Position numbers and translations under genes: made by a program
Shown: positions 49,601 to 61,500 of the stretch, in pieces
Numbering within the stretch: position 1 is the stretch's first letter
Layout of the letters: every line of letters starts with the position of its first letter
The notes under the pieces: model-generated
Databases searched by the model: none
Told to the model about the DNA's origin: nothing
The model's input: the letters and a program-made list of their open reading frames with translations, nothing else
NCBI GenBank assembly: GCA_032718475.1
Contig: JAUCBJ010007613.1
Span: forward strand, 1 to 64,000
Direction of reading: 5' to 3'
From: Nemertoderma westbladi
Taxonomy: Eukaryota; Animalia; Xenacoelomorpha
DNA: 64,000 nt

Positions 49601-50389
49601 GAGAACAGGTCGTGCGGACAGTCAATACCACACGCGGCCGTACAGGGGACTGCTAGTCCACAGTTAGCTGGGAGCAGGGCCACACCGTGGCAGGGACAGA
49701 AAGAAAATAACACCATATATAATAAACACAATCCCAATATACCCAGTAGGCCGAGTCTAGACAATCGAAACGTTAAATCGGTACATATAAACCTAAGCGC
49801 GATACGTGAAGGACTATACAGGAAACGCTATAATCCAGGATTCCAATGTCAATTACATCGGGACGGAACACATAAGACCAGGAGTTGCAAGTACTGGCAA
49901 GCGTTGCCCAAACGAGATCGTGTAGCCTACACAGACGCAAACGGACTATGTCATCGATGTGTGGTAAAAGGACACAGATCCGGAGAGTGTTGGAAAGGGA
50001 GAGGATGTGAAAGGACTAAACCAGGGGCAGAGAAGCCCATTAGCAAACATAAGGGAGTCGGGAAAGTAGAAGGAGGCGTGTTGCATACACACGCAGGGCT
50101 GACACAGTGCGAGGGGGCATTACATGGGCAGACACCGCGTATGCCGAGGGACGAGCGGGGGTCGTCGAGGGCTCTAATGCCAGCGCACATACGAAGGGGG
50201 AGGCCAGCAAAGGTAGCACCGAAGAGAGTGTGGCGAAGAGTTAGAGGACGTATAGGAGGGCAGCAGGAGAGTGCCTACTGGAAGAAGGGGCACCTGAGAG
50301 TTTTTAGTCGTCCAAAGTTTTGGACTGAGGGGGGTGGGAATGAGGGCGAGACGCCCTTCCCACGCACAAAATATAAAATAATTATTTAA
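46652..50389 (+). CDS. Gag-derived ORF of element D (1245 aa) lacking capsid domain and pol
   Basis: Colinear with E gag (AESVPQ.SADNARAE.GKPQHPATES); coiled-coil, Asn-rich tract, knuckles CQLH..H..C and CHRC..H..C. Confidence 0.85.
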   Translation: MSRDRGTTPPRTPDDDLTIREATARRYEPTTPIDATPTTSTQVDTTSTTSNPANQDVGGRLQPESESSRGDELGGEEKDESTRSEGRHTYVTGQSQAEDDERSTGTATVGPSVRRRTRRDRGEIGDEDVGVSDRLRRAYNATRELLKEAKEGAKIDEVRLRKRLGESNRYFDHLVCSGQRELAELRAWGVAFELFKLWECGGMEPSVVYVGPYLVDARGVKLVGWKRPEEGESEVNSEDSVSSVGGSSGRRWKVSGTEGRRESVATDKSATSSVKERRVRESERMAYKLEMVATEQNELERRLREGTAFSEKVGELERECRERAEKCREGTKECREREIGVESEPARRLEMLAREAELAEQNMREMGIEGERRRDDLRAQLGRLAQYQAKLDQRRLELARLEISESEPPLTGTGRESQNWCSRTGGGCNSSTSEVVNINSTVVNNLNPFITGNNILPGSSNLNLNTNTLNNNFNSNPQNNSNNNLSLENSSDLSNLNNLNNNPVSNSNNLIDLTNNIGNGAINMSVSDVHNSADGGLVGHVVSRQEVAGLSQPDGGLVGHVVGRQEVAGLSQPEVGLMGHAAVEREAGVNRPSRSRDSASTREGCRDEVRGSEVRCGEWGGGATGAPPHKISGERGGAENAPQEGYRSVVRNSEVRSGGWGGATDTPPREISRERGGAESVPQPSADNARAESGKPQHPATESNRGIASIPSGVRSSRERQVDVARGQAKRRARPEERRRTVEFNREVDERSHEPEYYTEKRRREDSKKGVATNDRSARTDNEPSIVEMESGSQWGRTSGDCRRPGETHRTPREGYKTYQYRVENRRGDRREASRRDIAAEREYGSRGEDYSRRINFDPEQHMQTVGHTVGLTAHTVGHTERGNVSHGVARTTGLNPEVAEYIPVGRREVGRPISVQQHDYNTQGHNIYPGEGGVIGDRRMGPNVLTSTPVPNIPAGGGQGDIPPSQYQQYTPIGARTSNPLDENRSCGQSIPHAAVQGTASPQLAGSRATPWQGQKENNTIYNKHNPNIPSRPSLDNRNVKSVHINLSAIREGLYRKRYNPGFQCQLHRDGTHKTRSCKYWQALPKRDRVAYTDANGLCHRCVVKGHRSGECWKGRGCERTKPGAEKPISKHKGVGKVEGGVLHTHAGLTQCEGALHGQTPRMPRDERGSSRALMPAHIRRGRPAKVAPKRVWRRVRGRIGGQQESAYWKKGHLRVFSRPKFWTEGGGNEGETPFPRTKYKIII

Positions 50390-50414
50390 TTAAATAAAAT
50401 AATTAAATAATAAA

Positions 50415-51960
50415 GTAGGTAGAAGTTAGGTAGTTAGGAGTTAGTTAGTAGGTACGTAGTACCTAGTTAGAGAGTTAGTAGGTACGTAGTACCTAGTTAG
50501 AGAGTTAGTAGGTACGTAGTACCTAGTTAGAGAGTTAGTAGGTACGTAGTACCTAGTTAGAGTGTTAGTAGGCACGTAGTACCTAGTTAGAGAGTTAGTA
50601 GGTACGTAGTACCTAGTCAGAGAGTTAGTAGGTACGTAGTACCTAGTCAGAGAAGTTAGTCAAGAGGTACGTATTACCTAGTTAGTTAGTTAGTTAGTTA
50701 GTTAGTTAAAGTAGGTACGTAGTACCTAGAGTTAGTTAGAGAGTCAGTAGGTACGTGGTACCTAGTTAGAGTTAGAGTTAGTAGGTACGTAGTACCTAGA
50801 GTTAGTTAGAGAGTCAGTAGGTACGTGGTACCTAGTTAGAGTTAGAGTTAGTAGGTACGTGGTACCTAGTTAGAGTTAGAGCTAGAGGGTACGTAGTACC
50901 GCTAGAAGAGTTAGTAGGAGGGTACGTGTAGTACCGTTAGTAGAAGAGAGTTAGAGGGTACGTAAGTACCGCTAGTTAGTTAGAGTTAGAGGGTACGTAA
51001 GTACCGCTAGCTAGTAGAGAGAGCTAGAGTAGTAAGAGGGTACGTAGTACCGCTAATTAGGAGTGTTAGTAGTAGCAGTAGAAGGGTTGTGGGCACCGGA
51101 AGCGCCACGTGGTTAGAGTTAGTAGGGAATGCGCTGAACTTAGTGGGGCACGGGCGTGATGACGTGTTTGATGTAAGAGCAGGGTATGTTAATTAGGGTG
51201 GGTGCCGGGCACAAGAGGTGCCGGGCACAAAATAGTTAGTAGTAGAGTTAGTTGAGTTAGTAGTAGAGTTAGTTGAGTTAGTAGAGAGTTAGTAGAGTTA
51301 GAAGGTGCCGGGCACAAGAGGTGCCGGGCACAAAAAAGAGTTAGTAGAGTTAGAAGAGAGTTAGTAGAGTCAGTAGTAGTTCACATAATTAACGTACCCA
51401 CTCTGCCGGCACTCAGAGCGTCACGTGTAGGCGATGAGACGTAAAGGGGGAGTAGAGGAGTAGAGACGGGCACGTAGGGTGCCAGGTAGTAAAGTTAGAG
51501 TGTTAGAGGTAGTAGAGACGGGCACATAGGGTGCCAGGTAGTAGAGTTAGAGAGGTAGTAGTGTAGTAGAGAGAGCACATAGGGTGCCAGGTAGTAGAGT
51601 AGAGCAGAGAGGGCACATAGGGTGCCATATAGTAGAGTGGTTGTGGGCACCGCAAGCGCCATGTAGTTAGAAGAGTGGAGTAGAGTTAGTAGAGCTAGTT
51701 AGTAGAGTTCGCAGAGCTAGTGGAGTAGAGTTAGCAGAGCTAGTGGAGTAGAGTTAGTAGAGCTAGTTAAGCAGAGTTGGTAGACTCAGAGGAGTCAAGT
51801 AGAGTTAGTAGAAGTAGAAAGTTAGTAGGAGTTAGTTAGACTTAGTAGAGAGTTAGAGTCAGTAGAAAGTTAGAGGCTCTCAGTTAGAGCTAGAAGTAGT
51901 AAGAGTTAGTAGTTAGCAGAGTTAGTTAGATAGTTAGAGTTAGTAAGCAGTAGGTAGGTA
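50415..51960 (+). repeat. Purine-rich repeat region with tandem hairpin units (30-bp AGTTAGTAGGTACGTAGTACCTAGTTAGAG and derivatives)
   Basis: Seven 30-bp units at 50445-50650, further GGTAC..GTACC and GGCAC..GTGCC units to ~51630. Confidence 0.92.
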
Positions 51961-52323
51961 GTATGATAGCACAGGGATAGCATTAGAGGTCAGGGCCTTA
52001 GAGAGTGGCAGTGAGAGGAGCCGTTGGCGAGAGAGAGGAGTGCGATTCAGGTGTGGGGAGAGGGTAAGAGCGAGTTGAGTCAGAGAGCGGAGTTAGAGTG
52101 GTGAGAGTGTTGGGGAAACAAAAATTGTGTGAGAGAAGCGCACGATCGGCCCGACACGAGACGCCAGAGGGTAGTGACATCATACCCATAGGGAGCGGCC
52201 TGGAAAGCCAACTCCGAAAAAATAGACCCACCCCACACCCGATAATAGATCGGGATCCAGCGGAATTGTAGCGCACTTGAGTTGGATGCTATCTTCTTAC
52301 CGGGAAGATAGCATGGGGGGGAG

Positions 52324-52852
52324 TGTTAGCTTATCCAATTCCGCTAACACAAACCCATAGAGTGAGCCATAAAGCAATATTGGGAGCACGAGGTTGATTA
52401 CCAATCAACCTCGTGTCAGCCCAATAAACGGGGACAATAGGCCCCAAAGGAGACACACACAATAAGGGTCAGGGGCCAAACCCCTAACCGAGAGAGAACA
52501 CAGGGAGTGAAGGGAAACACTCCAAAGGGTGCCAACAGGGGTATCAACCAATCAGAGGGGGGAAAGGCATCGATTGAGTAGCAATAAGGCCACCGTGCAA
52601 TATAACCAGTAACCTGTAATCATTCATTCAGTTTACTCAGTCAGATCAGTAGGGTGGAACGGGGACTTCTGTCACCGTCCGCTACCGCCATTATATATTA
52701 CCTGTTGTGTCATACTATACTATATCAACTATCAGACTATTATACCTTTATACATATTACCCAACATCAGAACTCTTTTACCTTTCACACACGGCGGGGA
52801 CGCGTGGATAGAAAACCCAACGGATAAACCGGGATCCGTAGATCCCGTCACA
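52324..52852 (+). repeat. 3' LTR of element D
   Basis: Direct repeat of 46034-46562. Confidence 0.97.
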
Positions 52853-53589
52853 AGTCACTGTACACGTGTACTCAACAGATGTTCACAATATCAAGTACAC
52901 TACGGTAAACACAAAATCGGACACATACCATGCACACACAGAAGACATAATTGGGAAAGACAAAATCGGTGTCAAAATCGGGAGGGACTAGTTGTATCGA
53001 CTATGGACATCGCGAAAAGGATAGTCGAGAGTACTTTATTTCACCATCAAGGTAAAATAATTTGTGTGTACAAAGTATGCTGGGGCGCAGTAAAGATATG
53101 GTCCTACTTATACCAGCGGCGTCTGGACCAACCAGCAAGTTTCCCACACTCACTCGCAGTGGCCATACATACAATCACGTGTACTCACATACCCACAGCA
53201 ACAGAAAGCTCATCTCAGACCTAAACACACTCCAAATACAAATCAGCTGAACATGGAGACAATAACATATAGTATCAAAAAAACGGAACAGCTGACGGTC
53301 AATGGCACACATCCACGCCCCAAAGCTAACTGCCACTGTTCACCCACATACAAAACACAGTTCATACCACATGAACCACAAATCACGCCGGGCCACCACC
53401 ACTACTGTATACAGGACTGGCAGTACAGCAACAGGCCGACTAGATGGAACCACGGCACCATGTCGATTCATGGTTTGCTAGACACAAGGGCCTTCAGTAT
53501 CTCACTTGCACTTAAAAGGCAATTTAACGTGCCCCCAGACCCTCACGAGTCTACCGCCGCCTGTTGCGACCACCCCTATAGAGACCTCA

Positions 53590-54996
53590 CCTCTTTAGGT
53601 AGTCGCGCCGTTTCTTCATACAATGCAAGTCGATCTCGAGTTCGCGTTCCTTGTGCTCGCGTTCGAGTTGAAGCTCGCGTTCCTTCTGTTCACGTTCGAG
53701 TTCTTTGCGCTCGCGTTTGGCTTGAAGTTCGCGTTCTCTCTGTTCGCGTTCGAGTTGAAGTTCGCGTTCTCTCTGTTCGCGTTCGAGTTCCTTGCGCTCG
53801 CATTCGGCTTGAAGTTCGCGTTCCTTCTGCTTGCATTTGGCTCGTTCGCGCTTACTTATGTCCTTCAACTCTCGCAGCTCCGCGTCCAACCTCCGAGTGC
53901 ACTCCCGTTCTCGTTCGGCTTCCTTCTGTGCCTCCGATGCACGCAAGACCTCTGCCTGTTGTTTGTCTAGTCGGCGTCTTCTCTCCTCCGCTGAGTTGTG
54001 AGAAACAAAGGATCTAGCGCATATAACCTTCCCTCGCGCATGACTAACATGAGAATCGCCACTGTCTCTTGATGCGTCGTCGGGTGGAGTTAACGTCCTC
54101 TGTTGGACGTTCTCTATCGTTGGTAGCACCTGACCCAGTACCACCACTCCACTCTGCATCAGCCAGCTGGTGACTTCCCTCTGATATCTACGTTCTTCCT
54201 TGTCTTGGGTCTCTTCCCGCTCCACTAAGTTCCTCGACTCCACGTCACTTACCTGAGTCGCCTGCGCTTGTGATGCCCATAGCAACCAGTTCTCCGTCCT
54301 AACTCGTCTGAATCGCTCCGATAACGCGCGGTGCTCTAACAAGGCCGCCAAAGCCCTGTCGTAAACCCTCATCGCTATGTCGCTTGACTGGGACTCCACT
54401 GCTCTCTTCGCTAGGACTGCAAGCTCCTCTGTCTGCTTAAATAACGCTGAGTTGTATCCCTGTCTAATCTCTACTAACCCTTCCCTTCCGATGTTACCAG
54501 AGTCGGCTAGCATCTTCCTTACCTTGTCCGTCGTCCGGGTTATATGTCCAGCATGCGCGCGAAGTTTCTTTTTTATCGTGATGTCCAGTTCTCTCTCGCT
54601 TACCTGACTCACACTCGGTGGACTTGAGGGATTATTACGGGAACTACGGGTACTCCTTACAGCCGCTGGGGCCATGGCACTTACCATACCCACAGGTCTG
54701 GAAACCGGGCTCCGGGCTCTTGCTTCTGCTACACTACCCTCCCTATCACTCACCTCTGGCTGGGCTGCTGTGCAATCCTTCCTTACAGTAGCGGTAGGGG
54801 ATCCTAATACTATTATCTCACCTGGCTCATCCTCACTGGTTACTGTCTCGTCCTCCTGTTCACTTACGTCAGCGTCATTCGCTGCGTCGTCATAGTCGGC
54901 ATTGTCGTCAACAGTTATATTGACACTATCGTCAGTCGGCGGTCCAGCCGCCGTCTCATAGCTGTCCTCTAGTGCCTCCTTCTCTGAGACACTCAT
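53590..54996 (-). pseudogene. N-terminal gag of element C
   Basis: Acidic N-terminus, KKLRAHAGHITR helix, 11-aa coiled-coil repeats (ERELQLEREQR); joins 45609 in frame. Confidence 0.75.
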
Positions 54997-55118
54997 AGTC
55001 TAAGTATATAATTTGCCTTCAGGCTAAAATCTCGCAAAATTCGAGATGTATATAATTTAATCGAAAATACGATTAAATTATTTGTCAAATAATTAGTTGG
55101 TCTCAAAATGTCAAATAA

Positions 55119-55724
55119 ATTGATCTAGACTTTGCTGATGACTTAGGAGTAATCTCAGAATCACTAGAGGGAGCCCAACGGCTCCTCAGCTCATTAGAAC
55201 ATGCTGCTTCTAGTGTTGGTCTTTTTATTAACTCAAGAAAGACCAAAATTTTGACAGTTAACTTTGAAATTTCTCAGCAAGTCTCTGATCGGATGAGCAT
55301 AAGCTCAAAAGTTGGTATGCTTGAGCATGTGGACGACTTCTGTTACCTGGGATCATGGATCCGGAAGTCAGGTGAGGACCTTCGAATACGTAAAGGAAAG
55401 GCATGGGCAGCCTTGAATAGGCTTTCCATGATTTGGAAGTCACTGAGAATTAATCGGAAACTTAAGGTCCGATTATTTAGAGCAGCAGTAGTTCCAGTAC
55501 TCCTCTATGGGAGTCCATGCTGGGCTCTAACTGCTGAGGACACCAAATCTCTGGATGGCACATTCACAAGAATGCTACACCGGGTTCATTGTGTCAAGTA
55601 CAATGCACACATCTCCAACCAGACACTATATAACATTGAAGGTGTCTCATTGGTTCCCCCAAGCTTGACACTAGAACAAAATCGTCTCCGCTTTGCAGGA
55701 CATTGCTTTCGCCGTGAGGACCAG
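55119..55724 (+). mobile_element. RTE-like LINE, C-terminal RT fragment
   Basis: DLDFADDL, GLFINSRKTK, FCYLGS, VVPVLLYG, RLRFAGH; cut by the E LTR at 55725. Confidence 0.88.
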
Positions 55725-56283
55725 TGTGACGGGATCCAAGGAGGATCCCGGTTTATCCGGATATTATAATTACGCGTCCCTGCCGTGTGTATGTGAAAAG
55801 AGTCTGAGAGTTCTGATGTTATTGATTCTCCAATATATGTATAATGTAATGGATATAGTACAAATGGATACAGTATAGATGGTTGAAATATAAAGAGTTA
55901 TTGCAGTATGTACAGATAAAATGGCGGTAGTCGAGGACGGTATTAGAAGTCTCCGCTCTACCCTAGCTAACCGACTAACACAATGAGATAACTGATTACA
56001 ATAACGTGATACCTAATAATATATATTGCACGGTTTGGCCGTTGTTACACTACCTAGCCGGTGCCTTCCCCCCATTGGTTAATAACCTTGTTGGCGCCCT
56101 TTGGAGTCTTTCCCCTCACTCCTGCTATTCTCTCTCTGTCAGGGGTATGGCCCCTGACCCCTATTGTGCGTTTCTCCTTCCCACTTTGTCGGGGTGGCAC
56201 GAGGTTGGGTAATCAACCTCGTGCTCCCAATATTGCTTAACGGCTCATTTTGTGGGGTGTTAGCGGAATTGGATAAGCTAACA
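55725..56283 (-). repeat. 3' LTR of element E (559 bp)
   Basis: Similar to the reverse complement of the D LTR; TG..CA ends; PPT at 56284-56292. Confidence 0.92.
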
Positions 56284-56987
56284 CTCCCCCCCATGCTATC
56301 TTCCCGGTGAGAAGATAGCATCCTCCTCAAGTGCGCTACAATTCCGCTGGATCCCGATCTAGTATCGGGTGTGGGGTGGAATTATTTTCTCTCGGAGCCG
56401 GCTTTCCAGGCCGCTCCCTATGGGTATGATAATGCTACCCGGTTCGCCTGGCGTCCCATGTCGGGCCGATCGTGTGCTCCTCTCACACGACTTTTGTTTC
56501 CCCAACACTTTCACCACTTTAACTCCACTCTGTTCTCACCCTGACTCTCCTCTACTTCTCCTCACTTCCGCTCTAACTCTCGGACTACCCTGTCTCTCAC
56601 TCAGCCTCTTACACCTCCCACACCTGAATTGTATCCGCATTCTCTCCACACTCCGCACTATTACCCTTTTACTCGACCCCCTTTTCTTAATCACTCACTC
56701 CTTCTGACGAATCTCACTCCCCCTCCTGTGCCGTCGCACGCAAGAAGTGTGAAATCGTCTGGTGTCTCGTCCATAGTACCATAGTCAGTTGGCCCCCCAG
56801 TCCCAGTAGCTAATTGAGAAAGGTTGTATGACTATAGTACTTACTTCCAGTGTATATACATTTTCATTACTGATTGCTACGTACGTACATACAAATTGCA
56901 CTTATTTGATTATTTAGATTATTTGAATTTGTACTTAATAGTTCGCACGTCTCACGTGGCGCCTTCCAGGCGTACCACATCGAAGCC

Positions 56988-58588
56988 TCAGTTTATCCCT
57001 CCTGACTTTGGGAACCATCTCAGGTCTTTCCCTCTGCCGTCCTCCTCCCTTGGTCTCTTCCTGGCCGCTGCTGCTCCTTTGGCCCTCTCTCTGGCCTTCA
57101 GGTCCCTGACCTTCACCGTCACCACTTTACTGATCCCGGTCGTCGGCTTCTTGGGCGCTGGTGTTATCAGTGCCCGGTACCGCTTTGCGGGTGGCCCCTC
57201 TGAATGGCCTTGCTGTCTCCCCCTGGTGGCGTCCCATAAGATCATCTTCATTGCCTGCGGCACACGCTCCGCCAAGAAATCCCTAAACTCCCCTCGGTTC
57301 TGTGGCGTCCACCTGTCCAAATACCTTTGCGTATTTATCACCCCGGCATACGACGCCGCCGTTGCTACCTCTTGATAGGTAAACGGTAACCTCCACTTTA
57401 TGATTTCCAAGTGAGCCTCCTGATTGATAAGGAAGAAACCCCACTTGAACTCCTGGGCCTCATTGCGTTGCCGCGTCATGGCCCCGACGTCGGCCCACTC
57501 CTCGAAGATTCTGAACTTCTCTTCATCGTCCATCCAGTCGCACTGGCGTCCATAGTATCCCTGAAAGTTACACTTCGAGCATCGGTTATGCAACCTTGCA
57601 CACGCCCCCATCCTGTGGCTCGACTCGTGGCAGTAGAGACAACTAGTTCCTTTCTGGAACCGGTACAAGCAGCTCCTTTCCCGGTGGGTCTGTCTCCCAC
57701 AGTAGTCACAGCCGAGCACCAATGTCTCCCGCCCCACGTCGTCTTTCGTCCCAAGCGATCTCCGCGGTCTGTGGAGTCGCTGGTAGGCGAACTTCTGGAC
57801 GTTAGTGTCCCTGTCTACGTCGATCTCCTCGCCACTCCCGGGCATTGTCTCCCTGAATACTACTCGTGGTGCCGTCCCCGGTTGCTCGCCCAACCTGATA
57901 GTGCTCCCTGCGAAATCCATCGCAGGCTCCTCGTGCACCCAGGCCCGCTTGCCGGGTTTGTCCCAGAAGGCTCTCGCCCCACTGGCCGTCACCACCCTCC
58001 CGCCAACCCAGTCGGTGTCTGAGTGGCCTATCCTCCCGATGGGCAGCATCTCTCCGAACTCGTCGTCGTCTTCGTCCTCCTCTGGCAGTGGTTCCAACCC
58101 CGGTATCCCGGTGGACCCACTATGTCCCTTCCCGCCTTGGCTCTTGCCCGTAGCTCTCCATTCCTCTAGCTCCCCTAGCTTCCTTAGCGGTTGATTGCCC
58201 TCGGCGCCCGCTGGTATGGGCATCGCTTGCAATCCCGACGTCGACTGTTTCGGTGATCCCACCGTCCATCCTAACTCTCGCCCTAGAGATTCCCCCAAAC
58301 TCCCTGATGACGTCCAATGGAGTTCGTCTAAGGCCGCTTGTTCCTCGAAGCCGTAGCTCTGCGCCCTAGCTTCCTCCTCCCTCTCTTCTGCTTCTCTCCT
58401 CTCCTGTCTAGCGATTTCTTCCAATCACTTCGCTTCTCGCCTGTCCGCTTCTAGCTGCTCCCACCTCTGATATGGCGTATCTACCTCCCCGTCTACCAGA
58501 TGTCGGTGGTTGTAGTACACCGACTCGCCCTTCAGCCCCGGGTGGTCTACCAGACCCTCGATAGCCGTTTTAAAGGCTCTTCTGTAGC
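56988..58588 (-). pseudogene. C-terminal half of the extra ORF in element E (3 CCHC knuckles)
   Basis: 478-codon open frame closely similar to A 7492-9080; CDYCGRQTHRERSC, CLYCHESSHRMGAC, CSKCNFQGYYGRQC (His lost). Confidence 0.85.
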
Positions 58589-61500
58589 TCAGTCCCTTAT
58601 CTCCCTCACCATCTGGGAGTATATCTCTTCTCCCTCTGAATTTCCCTCTCCTCCCTCTGATACTGCTTCTCCCGAGCCCGGGTCCACCTTTCTCATCGGC
58701 GGCCAGGCCTCCTTGTCGCTCAGAAACTGTGGCCCGTGTTGACACATTACCTCCTTTTTTAAGAAAGTGTGGCGTGCCACGCCCCTCGATAACAAGTCTG
58801 CTGGGTTTTCGTCCGTAGGGCAGTAGTGCCACCTTTCTAGTTCTGTCATCGCCCTTATTTCGTCCACTCTATTTGCGACGAATATAGGGTATCGCGTTTT
58901 CTCATTATGTAGCCAGCCAAGCACTACCATGGAATCCGTCCAATAGTGTGTCTCCACTATGTTGGGAATAGCATCCATTATGTAGGCTGTGGCCCTAACT
59001 TCTAGCCTCGCAGCTGTCAATTCGAGTTTGGGGACCGATGCTGAATCTGGTGGCGTTGACTTCGCCTTGCTGAAGGCAAGTCTGGGCTTATGAGGCCCCT
59101 CTCGCTGTACTAAATAGAGTGCCGCTCCGTATGCCTCTAGAAGAACAGAGGAGAACATGTGCAGATCCAGGTTCGTCATGTCCCCATCCGGGAAATACAC
59201 TCGCAGCATGCTGTATGTTCCCATCTTCTCCAAACCTTCTGTCCACTTACACCACTGTTTCTTGATCTCTTCTGGTACCTCTACGTCCCACTCATCCTTC
59301 AGTTTGTATACTCTCTTGAGTATCTGTTTCCCCGTGACTAATAGTGGGGATGCTAGGCCTAGGGGATCGTATATTCTTGCTATGTATGATACATAGCCTC
59401 TCTTTGTGTGGATGTCTTGCGCCCTCCTGGCTCAGCTGGTACTTCAGTTCATCTGTCTCTCTGTTCCACACGATTCCCAGTGCCTTCTGTTGAGACTCTG
59501 TCCTCTTGTTCGCCATGTCCTGCCCTTTGGCTGTTGTGGGATTATCCATGGTCGATTCTGGTCTCTCGTCCTCTATCGCCTTGATAAATTCCTCCGAACT
59601 GGATTGGAATTTGGTCAGGTTAAAGCCGAATCCTTTTAGGATGTCGCGAACCTCGCGCCCTGTGTCCAGTATCTCCTTAACCATATTTCCAGACTCCATT
59701 CCGTCGTCTACGTAGAAGCCGCGTCGAATCATATCGACGGCCCTAGTGCTGTATCTATCCTCCTTCCCCTTCACTGTATCTCTTACTGCCATAGTCGTCG
59801 TAAATGAAGACGACTTGGCTCCCATAATCTGTACTATCATCTTGTACATCGGTATCGTCGACGGTTCCACGTCGCCGTTGTACCATAGGAAGCGTTGACT
59901 GTCGCTATCCTCTTCCGTCACACGGACTTGGTTGAACATGCCCTCTATATCACAGGTGAAGGCGTGTTTCCCATTCCTGAATCTAAGTAGGACCTCGATC
60001 CCTGAGTTGTAGATATTGGGACCCTCCAGCAGATAGTCGTTTAGGCATTTTCCGTTGGTCTTGGCCGATGCGTCAACTACCATCCGCAGTTTACCTTTCT
60101 TTGGATCTAAAGCCACGTGGAGTGGCAGGTAATATGTTCTGTCCGTGTTTGGTTCGTCGACCGGTAACTCCACGGCCCATCCTTTCTCGACGTACTTCTT
60201 AATCGTTCTGTCGATGTACTCATTCTTCTCGGGGCTCCGTTTTAGTGTCTGCTTCAGCTTGCAGAGCCTCGTGAGTACCATCCCTCTATTATCGGGCAGT
60301 GGTAGCTTCGGTAGCTTCCATACCATTCCTATGGTGTACCGCCCTTCGTCGCATTTCATAGACTCCTCTACGCTTTGTTGAGCCTGTTTGTCTTCCACCG
60401 AGGTCCCGACCCCGGTCTCCTTTAATCCTTCAAAATCCTGTCTGAGCAGTCTTTTAAGCTGCTCCTCTGCTCTCTCATCACCCATTTCCTGCATAGTTCC
60501 CGCGAACATGCATCCTGACGTCTCCGACATCCTAAATGGTATCTTGCTCTTGATTGGGCCACTCAGCGTCCACCCGAATGGTATCAGTATCGCCACCGGG
60601 TCACACTGCCTGTCTTCGCCGAAGACCGTTTGCATTCTTTCGTGGGCCGTCGGGCAGTCCATTCCTACTATGATGGATACCTTCCTAACGTCCACCTCTG
60701 GGATTGAGAAGTCGATATCATCCAGAAATTTATATTGTTCGACCTCGATGTTAGTTGGCCGTCTGGCATTGATGTTTATTGACTCTATCACTTGGATGGG
60801 GTCGATGCTCGCCCCATAGTCGCATCCCGGTGCTATTGCTGCAATCGCGCACCGTCCGGTTCTCATCTCCAGGACCTCATCTTTGCTGGAGATGGTTGTT
60901 ACCGCCATTCTACTTGGCCTCGTTCTCAATCCTATCTCTTCGGCCACCCAATCCTCGATTAATGTGAAGGCAGCTCCACTATCGACCAGCATCAGTGTGG
61001 TCACTGATCGATTGCCTTCTCCAATCACTCGCACTGGTACTACCCCAAGTAGCACCGTTCCTCTCTTCTTCGCCCCTGCTGTGCTCGTTGCCATCGTTTG
61101 GCCTTTGCCTTGACCGAACTTAATTGGCGTCTCCTTGCATTGCCTCGCTCTATGCCCACTCATCACACATCGCGAGCAGATCTCGTTCCTCGCCGCGTAT
61201 TCTACCTGATCTTCCCTGGGTAGCGCTTGCCAGTACCTGCAGTTCATGGTTTGATGAAGCGCATTTGTATGTAGCTGGCATTTGCTCTTTGGGTTGTAGC
61301 CTTCCTTGTACAGTGCATTGCGTATCGCAGTTGCATTTGCACCAAAGTCCCTACTATTCTTTTTGTTTGGGTTCGGCCTACTGGACATACTAGGGTTATA
61401 TTTATTTGTGTTGTTATCTTTCCCCTGTCCGCTCCATGATGTGGTCTTACCCCCGGCTACCTGTGGACTTGCAGTCCCCTGCGTCGCTGCGTATGGCAAT

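Larger units (their letters stand above)
46034..52852 (+). mobile_element. Young non-autonomous BEL/Pao element D (6,819 bp)
   Basis: 529-bp LTRs with two substitutions seen, TG..CA ends, TSD AGTCA (46029-46033, 52853-52857), PPT GGGGGGGAG before the 3' LTR; no pol. Confidence 0.96.
45610..53589 (-). mobile_element. Solo-LTR-like insertion F (~1.16 kb: 45610-46033 + 52858-53589), split by element D
   Basis: Flanked by 4-bp direct repeat CCTC (45606-45609, 53590-53593); removal restores the C gag frame (DYLKR-SPEGRKW); TG start and AATAAA (45675-45670) on minus strand, but no CA end. Confidence 0.65.
17324..55118 (-). mobile_element. BEL/Pao element C (old, degenerate, 5' LTR missing; hosts B, F and D)
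   Basis: 3' LTR 17324-19313; internal pieces 19314-22149, 37996-45609 and 53590-55118 rejoin in frame across both TSDs. Confidence 0.78.

Noticed and set aside
50415-51960. Interstitial telomeric repeat
   Set aside because: TTAG-rich but not (TTAGGG)n or (TTAGG)n; it is internal to element D and shared with A.
53253-54017. 254-aa plus-strand ORF with VRV repeats
   Set aside because: Antisense read of the coiled-coil repeats of C gag joined to insert F.
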